The position numbers were made by a program, and so were the translations under genes. Under the pieces are notes generated by a model, which was given only the letters and a program-made list of their open reading frames with translations, was not told the DNA's origin and did not search any database. A stretch of 56,140 nt of DNA from Acidimicrobiia bacterium (lineage in GTDB: Bacteria; Actinomycetota; Acidimicrobiia; Spongiisociales; Spongiisociaceae). Below are positions 50,273 to 56,140 of the stretch, piece after piece. The stretch is taken from NCBI GenBank assembly GCA_041576165.1, contig JBFGLM010000032.1, positions 1-56,140 of the forward strand. The letters are read 5' to 3'. Within the stretch, counting starts at the first letter, position 1, and each line of letters starts with the position of its first letter.

Positions 50273-51520
50273 GTGACGTTGGACGGATCCGGCCGCCATC
50301 AACCGCAGCTCGAGGTTGTGTTCCGTGAGGCATTTGGCCAGGCCGTGGCGTCCTTGGTCCGCATCTTCGGCGACATCTCCCTCGCCGAAGATGCCGTCCA
50401 GGACGCCTTCGTGGTGGCGACTGATCGGTGGCCGCGTGACGGTGTTCCGCCCAATCCCGCCGGCTGGATCGTGACGACTGCGCGCAATCGTGCGATTGAT
50501 GGATTGCGCCGCTCAGCCCGAGGCCGTGAACTGGTTGAGCAGATGGCAGCGACAACAGGTCCGGCCCAGGGTTTCGACGACGAGGTGGACGTGCCGCTGC
50601 AAGACGACCAACTCCGCTTGATTTTCACCTGCTGTCATCCGGCGTTGCGTCGTGAGCACCAAGTCGCACTGACGCTGCGGCTTCTCGGCGGTCTGACCGT
50701 CGCAGAGGTGGCTCGGTCATTCCTGGTCACTGAGTCTGCGATGGCCAAGCGGCTGGTGCGCGCCAAGTACAAGATCAGGGCGGCCAAGATCCCGTACCGG
50801 GTGCCGGCGGAATCCGAGTTGCCGGAGCGCCTCCGCCCGGTTCTGGCTGTGGTGTATCTGATCTATAACACCGGGGCCGACGACCCGGAAAGGGCGTCGT
50901 TACGGGGCGAAGCGATTCGGCTTGCCCGAGCGCTGGTCCAGTTGATGCCCGACGAAGCCGAAGCGGCGGGTCTGCTCGCCCTTCTGCTGCTCAACGAAGC
51001 CAGGGTTGCTGCACGTCTGGATGGGGACGCCATCATCCTCCTGCGGCATCAGGATCGGAGCCTGTGGGACCGATCGATGATCGAGGAAGGGCTCGGCCTG
51101 GTACGCGCCTGCATCCGCCGTGACCAGCCGGGCGCCTATCAGCTGCAGTCTGCGATTCAGGCCGTGCACTGTTCGGCGGGCTCATTCGAAATGACCGATT
51201 GGCCGCAGATCGTCACCCTCTATGACCATCTCTACTCACTGCTGCCCACCCCGATTGTGGCGCTCAATCGGGCCATCGCGATCGGAGAGGTAGACGGTCC
51301 GGATGCCGGACTGGCAGCACTGAAAACGGTTGAAGCAGACCTCGACGACTATCACCTGCTGCACGCTACCCGGGCGGACTTTCTACGCAGGCTGGGACGG
51401 CTGGAGGCTGCAGGGAACGCTTACAACCGGGCCACGGAAAGGGCCCCCACTGAAAAGGACCGAAGTTTTCTTGCATCACAACAAGACGAGATCTCTGCTG
51501 CGATGGCCCGGGACAGCTGA
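50273..51520 (+). CDS. ECF sigma factor with C-terminal TPR-like extension (ECF42-type)
   Basis: [33 protein letters not shown] and GAYQLQSAI motifs; paired with a DGPF gene. Confidence 0.88.
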   Translation: MTLDGSGRHQPQLEVVFREAFGQAVASLVRIFGDISLAEDAVQDAFVVATDRWPRDGVPPNPAGWIVTTARNRAIDGLRRSARGRELVEQMAATTGPAQGFDDEVDVPLQDDQLRLIFTCCHPALRREHQVALTLRLLGGLTVAEVARSFLVTESAMAKRLVRAKYKIRAAKIPYRVPAESELPERLRPVLAVVYLIYNTGADDPERASLRGEAIRLARALVQLMPDEAEAAGLLALLLLNEARVAARLDGDAIILLRHQDRSLWDRSMIEEGLGLVRACIRRDQPGAYQLQSAIQAVHCSAGSFEMTDWPQIVTLYDHLYSLLPTPIVALNRAIAIGEVDGPDAGLAALKTVEADLDDYHLLHATRADFLRRLGRLEAAGNAYNRATERAPTEKDRSFLASQQDEISAAMARDS

Positions 51521-51627
51521 CAGGCGAGGCCTCCCCCGCCCAGGCAGCGTCGTCGATCCCGACCGGCCGCCGGGTTTGCCCGGCGGTCAAGCAGGAGACA
51601 CAACCAACAGAGGGAGAGGCGGAGACA

Positions 51628-52167
51628 TTGACACACGTGGACGAACAGGGGCGCCCCGAGCCACCGCTGGCGGCAGATGAAATCGCGACTCTGCTTGGCT
51701 TCCTGGATTTCCAGCGCGCGACATTGGCCTGGAAATGCTCCGGGCTGGACTCGGTTGGCCTCCAAGCGACGGTTGGTGCCTCGACGATGACACTCGGGGG
51801 TCTGCTCAAACACATGGCCTACGTCGAAGACGCGTGGTTCACCAGCTGGTTGCACGGGCGAGACCGCCCGCCCCCGTGGAACAGCGTCGATTGGAAGGCC
51901 GATCCAGATTGGGAATGGCACTCCGCCGCGCATGACACTCCTGAGCAGCTGCGCGCGCTGTGGCAGGAGGCTGTCGATCGGTCACGTCGGGCAGTCGCGG
52001 CGGCGGTGGCCGACGACGGGCTGGAAAAACTTGCGCGACGGAGCTGGCCGGACGGACGGACTCCCAGCTTGCGGTGGATCCTCTGTCACATGATCGAGGA
52101 ATACGCCCGGCACAATGGCCACGCCGACCTTCTCCGCGAATCGGTGGACGGCCAAACGGGTGAATGA
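51628..52167 (+). CDS. DinB/DUF664 family protein
   Basis: LLKHMAYVE and LRWILCHMIEEYARHNGHADLLRE motifs. Confidence 0.88.
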   Translation: MTHVDEQGRPEPPLAADEIATLLGFLDFQRATLAWKCSGLDSVGLQATVGASTMTLGGLLKHMAYVEDAWFTSWLHGRDRPPPWNSVDWKADPDWEWHSAAHDTPEQLRALWQEAVDRSRRAVAAAVADDGLEKLARRSWPDGRTPSLRWILCHMIEEYARHNGHADLLRESVDGQTGE

Positions 52168-52455
52168 CGAACTGCGGCCGGCCGGTGCCGAGCCTCACCC
52201 CCGCAGGGTCTCAACGTCAGGGAGGCGGCGCTCGTTGATGGGCTGAGTCGCACAGGTCTGGCGGCCGACAGGGCCGTGGCGGCCGCGCCACGTTCGGTCA
52301 GCGCCGGCGAGCAGTGCGCTCACGTCGCGGAGCTGCGCGCCCGCCGTTGGGCAGAGTCGACACAGTGTGATCCAGCCCCGCTGACTTGGTCATGAATGGA
52401 AGCCGACTCGTTTCCCGATGACACGGGGCCCGGCAAGGGAGGCCGTTGCGCTGTC

Positions 52456-53439
52456 TTACCCAGGGCCTCGCACGGCGATGACTACCTTGCCTCTGGCGTG
52501 GCCCTCACCAACATAGGCGACGGCCTGAGCAGCTTCCGCCAACGGATGAATGCGGTCGATGATGGGGGTTACCTTGCCAGCTTCGATCAACTCGCCCAGA
52601 GCGGTGAGGTCGTCAGCATTCCACACCTGCGCGGAGATCTTCGCCCTCGTGCGGCTGACCACCGATGAAACAACTGCTCCGAACATGCGGGGGACGCTGG
52701 CCAACCATCTGCTATCCAGCTGGCCGGCGTTGGGGATCAATACTCCGCGGTCGGCCAGGACCTTGCGAATGTCGGCCAGCGAATGGCTTGCGGCATTGTC
52801 GAAGACGACGTCGTATCTCTCTCCAGCCCGGGTGAAGTCTTCCTTGGTGTAATCGACGACATGGTCGGCGCCGATGGAACGCGCTTGCTCGATATTGCGG
52901 GAGCTGCAGACCGCAGTCACCTCTGCACCGAGCGCCTTGGCGATCTGGACCGCGAACGTGCCGACGCCACCCGATGCCCCGTTGATGAGGACTTTGTGTC
53001 CCTCCTCAACGCGGGCCGCGTCACGGATTCCGTGCAGGGCAGCGAGCCCGGCCACCGGAGCCGAGGCAGCGTTATCGAAGCTGACACTGCCCGGCTTCAA
53101 GGCAAGTCTCTTTTCCGGAGCGGCGGCGTACTCGGCGAATGTCCCCACGCCACCGCCAAACACCTCGTCGCCCGGACTGAATCGAGCGACTTTGGCGCCC
53201 ACGCGTTCCACCGTGCCGGCGACATCCTGTCCGATGAAGGGTGTCCTGGGCCTTCTCAAGCCGTATACCGGTCGGATGATGTAGGGGGTGCCCCTGACCT
53301 GAGCCACGTCACCTGCGTTGACACTGGCGGCGTGGACTCGGACCAGAACTTGGTCGCTTTTGATGACGGGCGCGTCCACGTCCTTCAACTCGAGGACGGT
53401 CAGCGGAGGGCCGTACTCGCTGCGTGTAATTGCCTTCAT
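52456..53439 (-). CDS. NAD(P)-dependent MDR oxidoreductase (zinc-free, quinone-reductase-like)
   Basis: VHAASVN, INGASGGVG and GHARGKVVI motifs. Confidence 0.9.
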   Translation of the reverse strand: MKAITRSEYGPPLTVLELKDVDAPVIKSDQVLVRVHAASVNAGDVAQVRGTPYIIRPVYGLRRPRTPFIGQDVAGTVERVGAKVARFSPGDEVFGGGVGTFAEYAAAPEKRLALKPGSVSFDNAASAPVAGLAALHGIRDAARVEEGHKVLINGASGGVGTFAVQIAKALGAEVTAVCSSRNIEQARSIGADHVVDYTKEDFTRAGERYDVVFDNAASHSLADIRKVLADRGVLIPNAGQLDSRWLASVPRMFGAVVSSVVSRTRAKISAQVWNADDLTALGELIEAGKVTPIIDRIHPLAEAAQAVAYVGEGHARGKVVIAVRGPG

Positions 53440-53600
53440 CGCATGCCCCTGAGTTGGTCACATTCTTGCCGACGGCCTCATCGAGCACGACCAGGATCAC
53501 CGACGGGCCGCATATCGCCACCCAACAGAGGTACAGCGCGCTTCTAGGCGGTCGCACTGATCGGGCCGGCTCTCAAGTGCCTACTAATGCACAGCGAACT

Positions 53601-53744
53601 CGAGATCAAGGGCTGGCGGTGCGGGAGATCGCCCGTCGGCTCGAGCGGGCACCGTCGCGATCAGCGGTGAGCTCAGACGCAACTGTTGTCTCACGACGGT
53701 GGGATCCATGACGCTGATCTGGCCCATGCCCGGGCCGTGACAGG
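53601..53744 (+). mobile_element. IS30-family transposase remnant (HTH region, frameshifted)
   Basis: GLAVREIARRLERAPS, then after a 1-nt shift ISGELRRN, then DADLAHARA. Confidence 0.65.
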
Positions 53745-53782
53745 TGTCCGGTATCTGTTGATCGGCGTGGCTGCGTGTGCTT

Positions 53783-53951
53783 GGTGGTGCTGCCGGCTCT
53801 GACGTTGGAGGTGCAACGAGGCGTCGTATTCTGGTCTTGCGGGGTGTCGAGCCTTCCGTTGTTGTTCGTGTCGGCTCGGGTCACTCGACGGGAAGGGTGT
53901 CGTATGGTTCCCGATGTGAGCGGTGAGGCAGGTGCTGTTGTCGGGCTGGAC
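53783..53951 (+). mobile_element. Probable IS110-family left non-coding end plus first codons of the DEDD recombinase
   Basis: Blocks GGTGGTGCTGCC, TGACGTTGGAGGTGCA, CTGGTC, GTGTCGGCTCGGGTCACTC and GGAAGGG resemble actinobacterial IS110 ends as recalled; followed by ATG...VVGLD. Confidence 0.45.
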
Positions 53952-55070
53952 GAGGTCGCCCCCCGGCTCGAACAGCTGCTCCAGAAGTCATCTTCGTACC
54001 GCAAGGTGCGGCACGTCGTTCTGGGGGCCGGCGCCATCGACGGTTCCTGGGAGTGGAGCGATGCAACGGGCGAGGCCAACCCTGACGGAGCGCCGATGGC
54101 GCCGGACACACCTTGGTTCCTGGCCAGTGTGACCAAGCTGTATATCGCGTCGGTGGTGCTGCGCCTGCACGAGCAGGGGCTGATCGATCTCGGTGCGCCG
54201 ATCCCGGGGTACTTGCCCGACGGGCTGAAGACAGGGCTCCATGTTCGAGATGGTGTCGACCGGACCGCCGAGATCACGGTCACCCATCTGCTCGCCCACG
54301 CCACCGGCCTTCCCGACTCGCTCGTCGAGCACCGCAAAGGCGAGCGGGGTTTGGTCACCGAGATCGAGGCCGGTGATGTGGCCTTCACGTTCGAGGAGGC
54401 GGTCGAGCGGATTCGCTCGCTGACGCCCCATTTCCCTCCCTCGGATCTCACCAGAGACCGCCCCAAGCTGCGGTACTCGGATACGAACTACCAGTTGCTG
54501 ATGGTGATCGCCGAGCAGGCCAGTGGCCAGTCGATGGGCGAGCTGCATCGCAAACTGCTGTTCGCACCGCTCGGACTGCGTCACACCTGGTTCCCCGGCG
54601 ACCAACCCTTGGGCGAAGCCGGCCAGCCCGCGACGCCGTGGCTGGGCGATTGGCCGCTCCAAGACCGGCCGATGGCGCTGCGGTCCCTCGGCGACCTCTT
54701 CAGCACGACCGGCGACGTGCTGAGCTTCGGGCGCGCCCTCTTCTCTGGGCGGGTCTTCACCGACCCGACCACCGGTGCACTGATGCGCCGCCGGTTCCAC
54801 CGATTCGGATTCCCCCGCAGCGTGGCCTCCATCGCGTCGCCGGCATGGCCCATCGAGTACGGCCTCGGGATGATGCGGTTCGCCCCGTCGAGAGCAGTGG
54901 CCATGGGACGCCGCCTCCCAGCGTTGCTGGGGCACACCGGATCGACCGCGTCATGGCTGTGGTACTCACCGCCCCTGGGGTTGCTCCTCGCCGGCACGGC
55001 CGATCAAGCCACCAAGGCAGCCCTTCCATTCCGGGCAATCCCAATGGCGCTCCACGGACTCCGCCGCTAA
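53904..55070 (+). CDS. Serine hydrolase, beta-lactamase/D-peptidase (class C-like) family
   Basis: ASVTK (SxxK), LLAHATGL, YSDTNY and GHTG motifs. Confidence 0.88.
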   Translation: MVPDVSGEAGAVVGLDEVAPRLEQLLQKSSSYRKVRHVVLGAGAIDGSWEWSDATGEANPDGAPMAPDTPWFLASVTKLYIASVVLRLHEQGLIDLGAPIPGYLPDGLKTGLHVRDGVDRTAEITVTHLLAHATGLPDSLVEHRKGERGLVTEIEAGDVAFTFEEAVERIRSLTPHFPPSDLTRDRPKLRYSDTNYQLLMVIAEQASGQSMGELHRKLLFAPLGLRHTWFPGDQPLGEAGQPATPWLGDWPLQDRPMALRSLGDLFSTTGDVLSFGRALFSGRVFTDPTTGALMRRRFHRFGFPRSVASIASPAWPIEYGLGMMRFAPSRAVAMGRRLPALLGHTGSTASWLWYSPPLGLLLAGTADQATKAALPFRAIPMALHGLRR

Positions 55071-55079
55071 CCCAGACGG

Positions 55080-55949
55080 ATGCCCGGAGTCATTGATCAC
55101 CGTGGCGGCAGCCCGCGGCGCCGCCAGCGCGGCGCCTCCGCGGCAAATCGGCAAAACGCGCCGGTCCAGGCCTTCGTCGCCGGCCTCGAGGACAAGGGTC
55201 TGACCGTCGACGATCCGCCAGGCCTACCTTCTGATCGCCGGCTTGTTCTCAACCGCCGTCGACTCGGACCTCATCGTCCGTTCGCCGTGTCGCGGTATCA
55301 AGCTCCCACGACCCGCACGGAGATGCGCATCCTGACTGCGGCCGAGGTGCTCGAGGTTGCTGATGCCATTGCCGAGCCGCACCGGGCGGTGGTGCTCACC
55401 GCTGCCTACACGGGCTGCCGCTTCGGAGAGCTCCCCGGGCTACGGATCCATCGCCTGGACCTCTTCAGGCGGACGCTGACAGTCGCTGAGGCGCTTTTCG
55501 ACGTGAGAGGGCACGTGAGCCTGGCACCACCGAACACCGCCGCAGCGCGGCGCCAGGTGGCGCTCCCGAGGTTCCTTGGCGACGAGCTGGAGTCCTACCT
55601 CGGACGATGGCCGGCGGCAACGCACTGGTTCGTATTCACCGCTCCCGAAGGCGGACCCCTTCGCCACACCCCTTCGCCGCACCAGCTTCCGCCGACGAGA
55701 TTGCTGCCGGCGGTCTGGGCCTCGGCGGGTGAGCCGCTCGGGTTTCACGACCTGCGCCACACCCACGTCGCCATGCTCATCGCCCAAGGCGAACACCCCA
55801 AGAACCATCCAGATCCCGCTCGGTCATGGAGCGACGACCCTCGACACGTACGGCCACTTGTTCGAGGGGCTCGACGAGGCCGCCGCCGACCGCCTCGACG
55901 CCGTGTTTCCGCGGACTCCTCGCCCGGCGTTGTTGAGCTCTCCCGCTGA
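55080..55949 (+). pseudogene. Frameshifted, 5'-truncated tyrosine integrase
   Basis: YTGCRFGEL and FHDLRHTH in one frame; LGH...TLDTYGHL (catalytic Tyr) in another; adjacent to the tRNA att copy. Confidence 0.85.
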
Positions 55950-55956
55950 CGCGGCG

Positions 55957-55980
55957 AAACCCCAGCGTGTGCCGGGGTTT
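55957..55980 (-). terminator. Hairpin downstream of the tRNA 3' end
   Basis: AAACCCC/GGGGTTT inverted repeat. Confidence 0.45.
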
Positions 55981-55986
55981 AACTCC

Positions 55987-56029
55987 GTCGGGCTGGGGAG
56001 ATTCGAACTCCCGACCTCTTGACCCCCAG
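55987..56029 (-). repeat. 3' half of tRNA-Pro(GGG): att-site duplication, not a complete tRNA
   Basis: Minus strand reads CTGGGGG-TCAAG-AGGTC-GGGAGTTCGAATCTCCC-CAGCCCGAC (anticodon loop, T arm, acceptor 3' strand); no 5' half beyond 56029. Confidence 0.85.
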
Positions 56030-56140
56030 ACGGGATCAGGGGGTATTGGAGACCTGGCGATTCAGCTTTTTGCGGCCTCTGACCTGGGCTTATGCTTCTG
56101 GTTGGCTTGCACCGTTTTGGAGCGTTTTTCATTCTCCGGC

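Larger units (their letters stand above)
44068..55986. mobile_element. Decaying accessory island next to the tRNA-Pro att site
   Basis: Core synteny stops after der; several pseudogenes and IS remnants; integrase remnant abuts the att copy; left boundary uncertain. Confidence 0.55.

Noticed and set aside
53940-53949. GTCGGGCTGG match to the tRNA 3' end as a second att site
   Set aside because: It is only 10 nt, GC-rich and within coding sequence, so chance is plausible, although it coincides with the proposed IS110/hydrolase junction.
55987-56029. Complete tRNA-Pro gene
   Set aside because: The 5' acceptor strand, D arm and 5' anticodon stem are missing.

Overview
GC-rich chromosomal segment from an actinobacterium, probably Acidimicrobiia-like (inferred from gene order and an SLH-domain tail). 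About 1-44 kb is core genome. It holds aidB and an MFS transporter, then a complete Pup-proteasome locus (trmI, ferredoxin, arc, dop, pup ending GGE, prcB, prcA, pafA, pafB, pafC, tatB, tatC, helY, DAG kinase). That locus is interrupted by a DUF2007-like gene, a CLC-CBS-RCK_C transporter and a separately transcribed Zn-finger gene. Next come a DUF4193-ppm1-GNAT-NUDIX-unknown-M20-HAD operon and the tlyA-nadK-recN-pyrG-nudF-xerD-scpAB-rluB-aroA-cmk-(ispH)-der cluster. About 44-56 kb is a decaying accessory island: ArsR-SRPBCC, HxlR with a flavin oxidase, VOC, DGPF plus ECF42-type sigma, DinB, an MDR oxidoreductase, IS remnants, a serine hydrolase and a frameshifted tyrosine integrase. It ends at a 3'-half tRNA-Pro(GGG) att copy. 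The most notable observations are a probable IS110 non-coding end fused to the serine hydrolase, a sigma28/WhiG-type promoter driving the Zn-finger gene, a PafBC-type promoter and probable CTG start in the tlyA-recN operon, and several small ORFs absent from or mis-started in the ORF track. No database searches were run; all family calls come from motif recognition.
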